Source: Nemertoderma westbladi (Eukaryota; Animalia; Xenacoelomorpha). From it: a stretch of DNA of 43,863 nt. This document shows, in pieces, positions 20,987-34,460 of the stretch. The first letter of the stretch is position 1. Each line of letters opens with the position of its first letter. The stretch spans positions 1 through 43,863 of the forward strand of contig JAUCBJ010006931.1 of NCBI GenBank assembly GCA_032718475.1, written 5' to 3'. A program made the translations under genes and the position numbers. The notes under the pieces were generated by a model. It was given only the letters and a program-made list of their open reading frames with translations, was not told where the DNA came from and did no database searches.

Positions 20987-21645
20987 TCTCGGTAAGTGTT
21001 GATGGACACTGACTAAATCTCGGTAAGTTGTGGCTGGACACTGACTAACTCTCGGTAAGTTGTGGTTGGACATTGAATAACTCTTGGTAAGTATGGATAC
21101 TGACTAACTCTCTGTAGGTGTGGACACTGACTAACTCTCGGTATGTGTGGACACTGACTAACTCTCGGTAAGTGTGGATACTGACTAACTCTCTGTAGGT
21201 GTGGACACTGACTAACTCTCGGTAAGTGTGGACACTGACTAACTCTCGGTAAGTGTGGACACTGACTAACTTTCGGTTAGTATGGACACTGACTAACTCT
21301 CGGTAAGTGTGGACACTGACTAACTCTCGGTAAGTTGTGGATGGACACTTAACTAACTCTCGGTAAGTTGTGGATGGACATTAACTAACTCTCGGTAAGT
21401 CTGGACACTGACTAATTTTCGGTAAGTGTGGAGACTGACTAACTTTAGGTTAGTATGGACACTGACTAACTCTCGGTAAGTGTGGACACTGACTAACTCT
21501 CGGTAAGTTGTGGATGGACACTTAACTAACTCTCGGTAAGTTGTGGATGGACATTAACTAACTCTCGGTAAGTCTGGACACTGACTAATTTTCGGTAAGT
21601 GTGGAGACTGACTAACTCTCGGTATTGGCGAGCACTGCCTAATTA
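20987..21645. repeat. ~27-bp minisatellite GGACACTGACTAACTCTCGGTAAGTGT (>20 copies, with 27-33-bp variants)
   Basis: Head-to-tail copies without unique spacers. Confidence 0.95.
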
Positions 21646-21737
21646 ACTTGTATATAAATGATGTGAGAGCGATAATATCTAAATGGTCAAAGTTTTACGG
21701 TGGAAGGTTAAGGGGTATTGGATAGTTTAACAGTCAG

Positions 21738-22508
21738 TTATTTTAGTTCCACTGAGTATTTGCAAATGAACGAACAATTAAAATCAATGAAATCGTTGAG
21801 TGATGAAAATGACGGATGAAATACCAGAACGTGTTGTTTATGGTTATAGTTGTCCAGGCCATGATTACCACCGGTTAAACCATTACGATTCGAGAATGTC
21901 AGTTGTCCAAACCTTGCAAACATTTGCTCCACTGTTAGTTGCAACCCATTGCTCCATTTCCACACACCTTCATGATCTCTGTCAGTGGCTCCTACAAAGT
22001 ATGCAGATACTCCATACGGCTCAACCATCTCTTTTAACCATCGCATTTCCGCTTTGAAGTTCTCCTCCGGGTTCAAGTACAGCAGTTTGGCTCTCTTATC
22101 TTCACATTCGGCCTTGGCATTGTCCCAAGTTGTTGACGTTGGATCCAGCCAATAGCAGCTCCCCTGTCTGTATTTCCAGCCAACTTTACATGTCGGAGAC
22201 CGGGAGAAGTACCCCCCTTTTACATGTTGAACCAGACCGGTTGTATCAACATCACTAGCCTCGATATCTTTTAGCTGACAGAGCTTCTCAACCTGCTTGT
22301 AGTTAAACGATAAGCATCCATGGGTGGACGAACAAGTTATTGCGCACTGAGCGACGCTGTCTTTAAAGCTTTTGTTGCCAAGGTTACTTCCTTCTAGAAC
22401 GTGGTTGTTACCAGCTACACTTCTGTATATTGTGGTGGTTCTTATACCAAATATAGGATGTAAGTAAAGTACTGAGAGTATTAAATATATATATAAGAAT
22501 CGAAACAT
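21738..22508 (-). CDS. Secreted PAN/Apple plus C-type lectin domain protein (single exon, host gene)
   Basis: Signal peptide; QCAITC..GCLSFNY..CQL (PAN); C..GW....SCY..TWDNAKAEC, FVGATDRDHEGVWKWSNG, FICK (CTLD). Confidence 0.85.
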   Translation of the reverse strand: MFRFLYIYLILSVLYLHPIFGIRTTTIYRSVAGNNHVLEGSNLGNKSFKDSVAQCAITCSSTHGCLSFNYKQVEKLCQLKDIEASDVDTTGLVQHVKGGYFSRSPTCKVGWKYRQGSCYWLDPTSTTWDNAKAECEDKRAKLLYLNPEENFKAEMRWLKEMVEPYGVSAYFVGATDRDHEGVWKWSNGLQLTVEQMFARFGQLTFSNRNGLTGGNHGLDNYNHKQHVLVFHPSFSSLNDFIDFNCSFICKYSVELK

Positions 22509-22646
22509 GGTTCCCACACTCGGATTTATTCAATAGCAATAATTAATTCGTATTTATGATTTATTAATAGGCCTAGTAATTAATATTTGTATTTTTGTTG
22601 GACTGGAGCTAATATAAGTTTTCATTCAGTTACAATCCATTTCAAA

Positions 22647-24552
22647 TCAACCCAACCCGTTCCACCACAGCCCCAACCCGATCCACATCAGCCCCAACCC
22701 GTTCCACATCAGCCCCAACCCGTTCCACATCAGCCCAACCCGTTCCACATCAGCCCCAACCCGTTCCACATCAGCCCCAACCCGTTCCACATCAGCCCCA
22801 ACCCATTCCACCACAGCCCCAACCCGTTTCACCTCAGCCCCAACCCGTTCCACATCAGTCCCAACCCGTTCCACATCAGCCCCAACGCGTTCCACCTCAG
22901 CCCCAACCCCTTTCCACATCAGTCCCAACCCGTTCCACACAAGCCCCAAGCCGTTCCACATCAGCCCCAACCCATTCCACAACAGCCCCAACCCGTTCCA
23001 CATCACTCCCAACCCGTTCCACCTCAGCCCCAACCCGTTCCACATCAGCCCCAACCCGTTCCACATCAGCCCCAACCCGTCGCACATCAGCCCCATCCGT
23101 TACACATCAGTCCCAACCCGTTCCACCACAGCCCCAACCCGTTTCACATCAGTACCAACCCGTTCCACATCAGCCCCAACCCATTCCACCACAGCCCCAA
23201 CCCGTTTCACCTCAGCCCCAACGCGTTCCACCTCAGCCCCAACCCCTTTCCACATCAGTCCCAACCCGTTCCACATCAGCCCCAACTCATTCCACAACAG
23301 CCCCAACCCGTTCCACATCATTCCCAACCTGTTCCACCTCAGCCCCAACCCGTTCCACATCAGCCCCAACCCGTTCCACATCAGCCCCAACCCGCTCCAC
23401 ATCAGCCCCAACCCGTTGCACATCAGCCCCATCCGTTACACATCAATCCCAACCCGTTCCACCACAGCCCCAACCCGTTCCACATCAGTCCCAACCGGTT
23501 CCACATCAGCCCCAACCCGTTCCACATCAGCCCAACCCGTACCACCACAGCCCCAACCCATTCCCCACAGCCCCAACCCGTTCCACATCAGCCCCAACAT
23601 GTTCCACATCAGCCCCAACCCGTTCCACATCAGCCCCAACCCGTTCCACATCAGGCCCAACCCGTTCCACATCAGCCCCAACCCGTTCCACATCAGCCCC
23701 AACCCGTTCCACATCAGCCCCAACCCGTTCCACCTCAGCCCCAACCCGTTCCACATCAGCCCCAACCCGTTCCACCACAGCCCCAACCCGTTCCTCCACA
23801 ACCCCAACCAGTTCTACCACAACCCCAACCCGTTCCACTTCAGCCCAACCCGTTCCACATCAGCCCCAACCCGTTCCACCTCAGCCCCAGCCCGTTCCAC
23901 ATCAGCCCCAACCCGTTCCACCACAGCCCCAACCCGTTCCACCACAACCCCAACCAGTTCTACCACAACCCCAACCCGTTCCACTTCAGCCCAACCCGTT
24001 CCACATCAGCCCCAACCCGTTCCACATCAGCCCCAACTGATTCCACCACAGCCCCAACCCGTTCCACATCAGTCCCAACCCGTTCCACATCACTCCCAAC
24101 CCGTTCCACCTCAGCCCCAACCCGTTCCACATCAGTCCCAACCCGTTCCACATAATAATCTAATAATAATAATATTTATTTATAACGCGCACTATCAGTT
24201 AGTAAAAGTTGTACAGGGCGCAATGATAAAAACCAACTATAGTATCTTAAAAATATATATATAGTTAGTACAGTAAAAATAAGTTTTGAGTAAACTTAAT
24301 TGTGGAAAATGAAATAAAAAATTAAAATAAAGATTAGTCTGTAGAATACTCCAATCGAAACAGGTGGGTTTTTAGACGAGAGTTAAACGTTTCGACCGTC
24401 ACATCAGCCCCAACCCGTTCCACATCAGCCCCAACTGATTCCACCACAGCCCCAACCCGTTCCACATCAGCCCCAACCCGTTCCACATCCAACCCCAACC
24501 CGTTCCACATCAGCCCAAACCCGTTCCACATCCAGCCCCAACCCGTTCCACA
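22647..24552. repeat. 21-bp minisatellite CCCAACCCGTTCCACATCAGC (~75-80 copies), interrupted at 24154-24399
   Basis: Tandem copies with extreme C/G strand asymmetry. Confidence 0.97.
24154..24399 (-). mobile_element. 5'-truncated L2/CR1-group LINE 3' end inserted into the minisatellite
   Basis: TFNSRLKTHLF ORF end, GCGC...GCGCGTTATAAAT and (TAT)n tail. CACAT on both flanks (24149-24153, 24400-24404). Confidence 0.7.
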
Positions 24553-25584
24553 CTCTTTACAATACTTTACATTCCCCTCCCTTCTGACGGTTTCTAGTTG
24601 TGATTTTACTTCATATATAAACTTTATAAATTGATTGAAACAGAGATAAATAAAGCGAATGAATGACTGTAATAAATTAAAGTTGGTTTGTTAAGTACCG
24701 TAGAAGCACCAACAGCCAGCAGGTGTGTTGGCTTAAATAGTTTAAATTATTAATATCTGAAAGCGTTGTGGAAATGGATGAGTTAATTAAACTACTTATA
24801 AATCAAAAATAATTTGCGAAACGTCGAATGGCTTATAAAGGCGGTCGTATAGGTTAATAGGGATAATTGAAATATTTATTACTTGAGAAGTTTGATTACT
24901 TACGTTTATTTTCCGTATTATCGATGTATTAAATATACCGACGACCAGAGAGGTTGCTTGTGTCAAGGCAGATATAGCGATATCAAATCAAATCCCGTGT
25001 ATTTATTTTTAATCATATGATGGAGAAGGAATAATGGGAGCCCTATATTATCCCAATCACACTGCTACTGTATATTACTGATGTTCTTATTGGTTCACGG
25101 TCCTATTGACATAAGTGACCATTATTACCGTAATGAATGTGTTTGTGTGTGTCCAGAGCAATATCTCAGTTATTTACGAAACAATTGAAACGAAATTTGG
25201 ACAAGCGTTAGATATAGGCATAACGACGGTTCATACAGAAAATTAGGTTTGAGATGATATTATGTGCAATGCGAGCGCTATTATTAGGGTAAACGGCGGG
25301 AAATTTGAATTTTGTAGAAGTAGTCGTTACCGGTCTGCTGGTCAGCCGGTAGGCCAATACTATAACTGTACTACAGTATTGCTGTTCTGATGTACTGTGT
25401 GTATTGTTCTGATATAAGTAGGACCGTGAACCCGCCAGCTTGTGTTACTTTATTGTGTTATCAATTCATTAAAACGGGCTAAGCCCGATCAATTGGAGCT
25501 CTGATATTTTTTCCCCTAGCGGCAGTAAGAGGAACTGTAAAGTCTGTCTGTGTGTAGAATTTCTAATTAAGCAATGCTCGTAGG

Positions 25585-27790
25585 GGTGTTGTCGCGTTTC
25601 GGCAACTGATACTAGCGTTATAGCCACGTTTCGGCAACTCATAGTCGCGTTTCGGCAACATGGTAACAAGGTTGCGTTTCCGCAACTAAGTGATTCATTT
25701 CGGCAACTCATAGTTTCATTTCGGTAACTCATAGTTGCATTTCGGCAACTATTAACAGGATGCGCTTAGGCAAACTGATGGATGCGTTTCGGCAACTGAT
25801 AGATGCGTTTCGTCAACTCGTAAACAAAGGCCAACTGGATACTGTATAGAGCCTACAGTATAGAGATAGGTGGAATCTCAACGTCACCACACCATCGCGT
25901 TGCATCGACATTTAGGGCAGAGCAAATCAGTATTATTTATTACCTTTGCCTCATTACGTTTCCCATTATTCATTTTTCATTCTACATTAGTTTTACCCAC
26001 GCCTACTCCAACACTACTTCGTGTTATGTAGAACTGATGTTATTAATACCATATATTGTTTACATATTATTCGATATATTATAAGTCTATTAATTCAACC
26101 TGATATTATAATTCAATCTGATATTAACATACAGTATTAACATGTATTAACATACAACATACATATTAACATACAGTACTGTCTTAGTAACAGCTGCCCA
26201 GCGCCACGGTGGAAAAAATTCCACATTTATCAATCAGACCACAAAATCATATTTTATCACTGCCATATGTGCAAACCGGCAATGTACACATATAAATGAC
26301 CAATTAACAATTCTGCCGTCAATAACTATAACTAACTTTTAAACTTGTCATCATTTATAATTTACTTACGTTACATAATGAATATAGTCACAGTTACATT
26401 ACACGTTCGTGGGGCCTTCGCGCAGCACGAGGCCCAGTTATGAGATACAAATTAATATCGAGCGACTGTATCACAAAATCAGTATTTAACTTTATAAATT
26501 AGTAAAATTTAGAAATTTAACCACACCGCCAATCAATCAAAAAAAGAGGGACAGTACGTGTTCAGCCCTTTAAATCTGCACCCCCACCCCACCCCTACCC
26601 CCCCCCCCCCCCCCGCCCCTTCCCACCCACCAATACATAACCGCGACATCTACCACCCACGGAAGGTAGCACAAACTTATTTCCAATCGCACGTTCAATA
26701 TGCGAAGCCAGGTGGTTTATAGGAATATAATCAACGCAGTACTAAATACAGTCGATGCAGTAATGAATGATATTCAAATAATTTATTTAATATACTGTTA
26801 ATGCCTCTGAAAACTTAGACAATTATAATACACAGAAATCCCATCAAAAAATAATAAGCATAATATTTTGAGAAATAAACAATTTTGGATATAAGCCTTC
26901 TGCAGTGGTAATCTTATTGACTGACAATCATTAAATGAGATCTGTCTATTACCTGAGACTAAAGAACACAGACTCTATAGTGTAATAGGAGGTAGGGAAT
27001 GCAGGTTTCAATCTCGTTAGGTCTAGCTGGCAGCCGTGTGGCTAGTTACATACAACCCCCCTCCACTGGCATTCCCAGCAACTGGCTCCCTTACACACAC
27101 ATCCCCCCCCCCCCCATCTATGTACCAGCCAACTTGCAAGTTGGCCAATAAATGATCAGAATTTAATGAGAATCAATTTTTTATGCCGTTTTAATTACTT
27201 TAGATCAATTAAAGACACAATTATTAAAGCAAATCACTTGAACTAATTAAAAACTATAATAGAATGGCGTATGTGGATTACATCTGTATAATTTTTAATT
27301 ATAATTATTTAAATCTTATACTGTAAAACAATTAATTTCCTTTAAAAGGCAGGTTGAAAATGGTGTTTTCACCGTAATCAACTTAATTAACTAATTAACT
27401 GCTATTATCTTAGCTTCTCGAAGGCCACACGGAAATTCTACTTGGAAAATTTCTAAACTTTTGCCAAACAACATGTGTACCAAGTTTGGATAGATTTCAT
27501 CAAAGATTGGCCGAGTTATTAACGTTTAAAATTGAACACGACAGAACGACAGAACGACAGAACGACAGGTTGATTAATGGTACCACTACGCTAAGGCTCA
27601 CTCACTTCGTGGCTCGCCCCACATACGAGGGTTTGTGACCTAGGTGCCTGAAACGCAACTTCAGTTAGCCGAAATGCAACTACGAGTTGCCGAAACACAA
27701 CATAGCAGTTTGTGAAACGTAATTGTTCAGTTTCCGAATTCGCGAATTTGAGTTGCCTAAACGTGACAGTTGCCGAAACGCGACGTAACC
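25585..27790. mobile_element. Non-autonomous MULE/foldback-like DNA transposon
   Basis: 9-bp TSD GCTCGTAGG (25576-25584, 27791-27799). TIR GGT...GTCGCGTTTCGGCAACTG. Inverted subterminal arrays of TTTCGGCAAC. Confidence 0.8.
27410..27620 (+). repeat. Helentron/DINE-1-like non-autonomous repeat fragment (related pieces at ~25140-25230, 25500-25570, 27800-28020, 37270-37330)
   Basis: Recurrent TGTGTACCAAGTTTGG motif, (GACAGAAC)n microsatellite and a terminal GCTCGCCCC hairpin-like motif. Confidence 0.4.
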
Positions 27791-30479
27791 GCTCGTAGGC
27801 TACTACTACCAAATTTCAGATGAATCTGATGGTTGGTTCTATAATTACAGGATAGCTGCTTTTGCGGTTCAGTTGATTGTCCCCCTAGCGGCAGACACAG
27901 GAACTATAGAAGTCTGTCTGTTTGTAGAATTTCCAAACTTTTGATAGACTATATGTGTACCAAGTTTGGTTCCATTTCATCCGCGATTGACTGACTTATT
28001 AGCGTTCAAACATTCCTGCTACAAACATAGCCAGCCAGCATCACATTATTCCTGTTCGTTATTAATTTATTTTGTTGTTACTATGTGGTTATTAAGTTAT
28101 AAATTATTATTTATTAATTATTTCCTTAGGCAGTGTTGGATTGAATCTTGCAGTGTTGCAAGTTGCAACCCCACCCCCCAATACAACATGTGGAGTGAGT
28201 TGAATAATTAGGCACGTGTGGATAAATCCCCATAAAGATAAAACTTCGAATGGGTTTGTGTCACCATCAATGGTAGACACAAATGTTGTCGAACTAACGT
28301 ATAGTGATCTGATTGGCTGCAATAATTTCTTCAGGCATCCCATATAATGCAACTATATATATATATATGCTGAACATATATGTTGTCGGGAGACTGAATC
28401 GAAGGACTTAAAGAAGTCCACAAAGACAACCAAGGTAACTAGCACAGGTAGCCACAATCAAATGACTACAAAATATAGATTGAAATATGAAATATTACAC
28501 AATATTGTATATTTATATTGGTTTTATACATAACTCTTAGACAATTGTTTTTAGGCAATTTGAAATATTTATTATATACACAAACATTATGCAAGTTAGC
28601 GAAATAAGTTGAAGATAAGTAAAGTAATAACCAACACTACCCCTGCACCAAGTAAATACCAGTGGGGCCTTCGTGCAGCAAAAGCTGCAAGCCGTCTTAG
28701 CGAACAATTATAATTATAGGCCTACTATGGCTAGTTATATATTGGCTTCCGACAATTATGGTTCTCCACGCACACACTGACACACAGACTTTTAGAAAAC
28801 GGCCATAGTATAAAAATAACAGTTCGCTGATGGCTCGCAGTTTTGACTCGCCCCACAAGTGTTAATTCGAAATAAACATTTGAGATCCAAAAACATACCA
28901 ATAAATATTGTTACAAATAAATGAATGAAAATTAAATAAAAAAAGAAACATGCACCCAAATCATTCACCAGTTATTGTGGGTCATTTTTCAATAAGCAAA
29001 AATACCCAATTCCAATTGGGTATTTTTAAGCACATTAAGCTACTCAATACCAAATCCAGACAATTTGACTCAAAATTTGTAATTTTGGCTGCATGTTAAA
29101 TAAATAAACACCAATGAATAAATAAATCATGTTGGCTTATTATTTACACGTCGAAATGTTTTAACTCCTGGGATGTTTAATGGATAATTTTACATCACTA
29201 AAACCGATTCAGTATGCGGTAAATAATCTTTAAAGTGTAGCTAAATCTAACTAACTAACTGTAGGAGGTTCTATATCCCCTGCAGTTTCATCTAGGAGGA
29301 CATTTGCTTTGAAAATTTTGTTTTAAATTTGTTCTAATCTAGCGGTAAAGGAAGTGAGTTATTCAAAACAATGATGGGAAAAGGTGATAACAATTATATA
29401 ATATTATATTACATAAAATTACTAGTTAATAACATTACATAACTAATTAGTGCGGATGAATATCACTAATTAATATGTAGTACAAACGTAGTTTCAGATA
29501 TCAGTTGGGTAACGTTTAATTACATTTCACTACATAAGCGTAGGTAAAATAATTAAAACAAAACAAATAAATGGGTTCGAAACACTGTAATTATTATCGG
29601 AATTAACTGGCAGACATACAGTTAGTTTCAGTTTCAAAAAGTTTATAATCCAACTATATTATTTGCTTATTTGAGCATCTGGGTGGTATAGGGGGACGAC
29701 AAATAATTCAGTAACTAACCCATTAGTTAAATAATTCATAATTAATTAGTTAATATAATTCACATCTTTATGGTATTTTTTTTAAGGATATTATTAATCT
29801 TTACCATTTTGCTGTTGGTTTTATAAAATTAGTTAAATACAATTAGTAATATAAAGTGTTTAAGTTGGAAATATTTATATATCGGTATTAGAATACCGGT
29901 ATTCGTTTCTCGCGAGTAAATATATACCGGTAGAGGAAGATAAATGTAATTTTTATTCGACAATAAACTTGTTACAATTACAGTTGGATACAAAAGAACT
30001 CCCGACACCAGAGTAAAATAATATAATATTATTAAATAAAACCGATAACCGGTCCGTGAATGTACTGAATATATTACCGGTATCATTATAAACTGAGAAA
30101 TTTTAATATACCGGTATATATATATATATATAATCGTTTAATATATAATTAATAATCCTACTACTTATATAGATAAAATAAGTATCGAGTGAGAATGTGG
30201 TGACAAAATCCGATGTCAATAGATTTGAAAGTGTAGGTTGTGTGGGTGGATTTCGGTAGGGGTATAATGAAATAGGCCTATATAAGTAAATATAAATTAA
30301 AATAATCTTTTAACTACTTAATGACAGCAAATATACAGTTTAGGCGCAGGAAAAATAATTAGAACAAAATGGTTTAATATCTTACAGCTGAATCACTGGG
30401 GACTCACCAGAGCAGAGTAGAAAGCTTGGTAGAATGTAGAAGTTAGGTCTAGTCAACAGCTAGGTCGGTCTGGAGTTAC

Positions 30480-30929
30480 TTACAGGTAGAACAGAGACTG
30501 TCTGGCGGAATTACCCCCATCCCTATAGATCTGCTTCATACGGAGATAGAGGGTGACGCCCCTAACGAATATCATCATACCCAGAGCGAGAATGAGCCAC
30601 CAGACCCAGATGTGGTCCCCCACGATGGCCCCAATACTCTCCGAATGTCGCATTATAATGGACCACTTCACTAGCGACAACCCGAACCCGCTGATCGCCC
30701 CACAGCGGCCGGCAACCGAACTGCTAACGCAGAAGGAGATGACAAAACCAACCCAATTGAACACCAAGGATATAAGGAAGGTGCACATGAATACCGTGTC
30801 TGTCCCAATATCCGAGGAGCTTCCAGACGAGGTGTTGAAGAAACTGCCGAGGATTCGGTTTCTCTCATCTTCAATCGATTCCGGCTCCGGTTCCGGATCA
30901 GTCCCGGCCTCTTTGTTTCGCGCCGCTTC
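30480..30929 (-). CDS. Ndfip: NEDD4 family-interacting protein, coding exon 2 (three TM helices)
   Basis: TTTCAG| acceptor, phase 0. GTD..F..TF....FNW.GF...FC....AGR.GAISGFGLSLVKW. Confidence 0.92.
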   Translation of the reverse strand, partial: EAARNKEAGTDPEPEPESIEDERNRILGSFFNTSSGSSSDIGTDTVFMCTFLISLVFNWVGFVISFCVSSSVAGRCGAISGFGLSLVKWSIIMRHSESIGAIVGDHIWVWWLILALGMMIFVRGVTLYLRMKQIYRDGGNSARQSLFYL

Positions 30930-31099
30930 CTGAAACATTAATAGATTAATTGCAGGCCAATTTACAAATTATAAGCAAATGTAAAATGAATAAGGCGAAA
31001 AAGAATAAGCCCTAGCTAGCTGCCTAGAGATATCCGCTGATACGCTGAAGGCCATTTATTCCATCTAAAAAATGCACAACATTCTACTGTTCTCAAACA

Positions 31100-32353
31100 A
31101 CAAGTCCCTAAAAGGTGCTACCCTGCTCCATAGCGCGGGAAATTCAAATGATTGAAAGACATGTAATTTTGTACTGGAAAGGGTGGCAGCAGATCAGATC
31201 TGCTACCTATATTTTGGCGGTTAATTCAAATCTGTTTTAACATTGAATACATGAATAGAGTAAGACTAAATGTAATTCATTGAATCAGAATAAATTATTT
31301 CTTATCGGTTTAACTCACTCATCCGTTATTGTTGTTGTTTTATCTATGCTGGTAGTCTGGGACTTCGAGCAGCACGTGAACAACTAAACCTGACGTTAAC
31401 TAGTCTGGGGCATAGAGCAGCACGTGAACAAATAAACTGGCTGGATACCTAGTCTGGGACTTCGAGCAGCACGTGAACAACTAAAACTAAACCAGCACGT
31501 TAACTAGTTTGGGGCTTCGAGCAGCACGTGAGCAACTAAGCTGACTGGTTAACTATAGTCTGGGACTTCCAGTAGCACGTGAACAACTAAGCTGACTGGT
31601 TTACTAGTCTGGGACTTCGAGCAAACTTGCAAATTGAGAAGGGGGTGGATCGATGTATTTGGCTTAACTTCTATCAGTAAAATGTTAAGAACATTTGTTA
31701 TTTGCTTGTATCAGTTATAATTACATCAGAACAATATAATTATAACAATATAGCAGGGAACTGATAGTAAAATATATCGCAGGTAGGCCTACTGTAATAA
31801 CAATAGGTGTATAATGCTTATTCTGCCTATACTGCTATATCTGTCCCAGACTGGTTAACCAGTCAGCTTTAGTTGTTTACGTGCTGCTCGAAGTCCCAGA
31901 CTTGTTAACCAGGCAGCTTAGTTGTACACGTGCTGCTCGAAGTCCCAGACTAGTTAACGTGCTGGTTTAGTTGTTCACGTGCTGCTCGAAGTCCCAGACT
32001 AGGTAACCAGCCAGTTTAGTTGTTCACGTGGTGCTCGAAGCCCCAGACTACCGGTAGTTAGCGTGCTGGTTTAGCTGTTCACGTACTGCTCGAAGTCCCA
32101 GAATAGATAAATCAACATCATTAACGGATGAGTGAGTTAAACCGATAATAAATAATTTATTCTGATTCAATGAATTACATTGGAAGATTGGTCTTACTCT
32201 ATTCATGTATTCAATGTTAAAACAGATTTGAATTTACCGCCAATATATAGGTGGTAGATCTGATCTGCCACCCTTTCCAGCACAAATAACATGTCTTTCA
32301 ATCATTTGAATTTCCCGCGCTATGGAGCAGGGTGGCACCTTTTAGGGACTTGT
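31100..32353. mobile_element. Foldback MITE (MULE-like) in the Ndfip intron, with ~500-bp inverted arms
   Basis: ACAAGTCCCTAAAAGGTG...CACCTTTTAGGGACTTGT ends. 9-bp TSD TCTCAAACA (31091-31099, 32354-32362). Tandem ~45-50-bp subterminal repeats containing CACGTG. Confidence 0.88.
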
Positions 32354-32525
32354 TCTCAAACACGTAGGCCTATTATTTATTGGTACCGGTATCCTGTACA
32401 TAAGTAATATATATATTGCTTATATGCAAATGCAATAGAGGCATATTGCAGTATTGCATAGCAGCATAGCTAGGCCTACATTAAATGTTCCAGAACGTAG
32501 AGCGTAGACCGCTGGACCGACCTAC

Positions 32526-32780
32526 CTCGTAGCTGGGCAGCTCCGTAGCAACTGTGTACTGCGGCGGGTTAACCGGTCCCAAATCGTCATAATCCGGAGG
32601 TTTCTCAGCGTATTCCGGGTTCGGGGTTCCAGGTTGGGTGTCCTCCGGGGTCGGGGGTGGGACTACCAGATGGCAGCTGTCGGTGGCTGCAGCCGCCCCC
32701 GCGGGTGGTGCCGTGTCCAGATCGTCAGAGGGGTCCGTAGCCAATCGCGTGTAGCGATGGCCAGCAGATTTACCCGCCAT
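32526..32780 (-). CDS. Ndfip: NEDD4 family-interacting protein, coding exon 1 (PY motifs)
   Basis: PPDY, PPQY, LPSY. GAG|GTAGGT donor, phase 0. Joins exon 2 to give 234 aa. Confidence 0.9.
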
Positions 32781-34229
32781 TCTGGTGACCAGACCAGTTT
32801 ACTCTGTTACTGTCAGTTCAGTTTACTTTTCTCAGTTCAGTACCGGTAGCCTAGTTCTGTAACGTTGCCTTTTTACTCCCTACAGGCAGACAGGCCCTAG
32901 GTCTAGTTAATTTAATGGTTATTTATTATATTAACTGATTAAAGCGTAAGCAGTCAGGCAGTAGGCCTAAACCTTAAGGTTGGTCTGTATGTACAGTGTA
33001 CAGAAGTAGGCCTACGTCTGTCTACTGTCTGTACGTCAATACCGGTAGCGGTACCTACCTGGCACCTGGCTGACCTGGCTACAGGTTCTGAGGTTGTATT
33101 GTACCGGTCGGTACGCCTAGTCAGGAAGTCAGGCATTACAGCATTTCAGGCGGTACAGATCTGCAGATGTAGGCCCTACCTGAGAATACAATAAATTGAA
33201 ATTAATGAATGAAATTACGGTACCGCGCGGTGACCGGGACTTGAAATTGAAATTACCGGTAATTGCTTTCAGACATTGTGTTATGAAATTGGTCAGTTGG
33301 TCTTCCCGCAGACAGGTACGGTAGCAGCATATTCATATCGTATCATAGTGTTAAAAAGTACAGAATTAGGACTTTTAAGTGTTAATGTTTAATAATTTAG
33401 GGTACCTATAAGAAAGCTAATGCTTATGGAACCCGTACACACCAAAAGAAAGACCAAACTGAAACTAATTAAATAATTATAGTTGTACCGGTCAGTAATT
33501 AAGTATTAATTGCGACCATGACCGACCTTATTTAAAAACAATGACAAAAACACATATAAATTAATTGTAACATATAAAAAAAACAACTCGGCGTCTGGGC
33601 GTCTTAATTAAATAGTTAAAATAAATTATAGTGTTATTTAATAAAAAAAGGTTTCTAATAAAATTACTAGAATAAAGTGACAGTCTAGGCCTATAAAATC
33701 ACGACTTATACACAGAAAATGACACAAACAGTCAATAAAATTAAGTATATACTGTACACTAAAAATTTCAAATGTAATATTATGCTTTTGTTCAGAAATG
33801 GAAAAAATGAGAAAGGCGTCACCGGGGGTTCAACAACACCAGACAACCAACAACAAACCGTTCCACAACAAACAGCTTAACACCAATTCATTTAAAAATT
33901 ACAAATGTACACTAATATTACAAATATACAGTAAAAATTACAAATATACACTAAAAATTACAAATATACAGTAAACGGAAATGTGTAAACTGTACTTTAG
34001 GTCGAGTTTTGCGTTCGCTCAACATGTATGACTCGTTCAATCGTGTAATTAAATTACATACAGTAACATCGCTCCTTAAAAATATGTGCCATAAAAAGAA
34101 AAAAATTTAAACATAAAAAATAAATAATTATAAATAAGTTGACTGAGGGTTGGTGAGAGGTGAGGGGGGGGGGGGGGGGGGGGGTGGTTAGGCTGGGCGG
34201 TATACTTGCACGAGGACCGTGCGATGTCG

Positions 34230-34460
34230 TCTGTCAGTCTGTTTTCCAGATCTCGTAGCATCATTGGGTACGGGTTTGATGAGTCTAATCTCGCAAATTT
34301 TAAATTTATTATAGGTGACCATATTGTGGATGCATATTCCTGTATTCAAAACTGGGCGGACCAATGATTTAAAGTGAGAAATCAAATTATCTGAGTCCAA
34401 GCGCTTAAAAGATCTATATATTAAATCAAGAGTACGGTTACGCTGAATGATAAATTGCAG
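34230..34460 (-). pseudogene. Degenerate CR1-group LINE RT C-terminal fragment
   Basis: NRTLDLIYRSFKRLD..LISHFKSLVRPVL. Confidence 0.6.

Noticed and set aside
20987-21645. CRISPR-like array
   Set aside because: Head-to-tail repeats with no unique spacers, no cas genes, eukaryotic context.
22587-24531. Long Pro/Gln/His-rich and GLMWN/VERVG ORFs on both strands
   Set aside because: Artefacts of a stop-free 21-bp minisatellite; 1-bp-shorter units switch frames freely.
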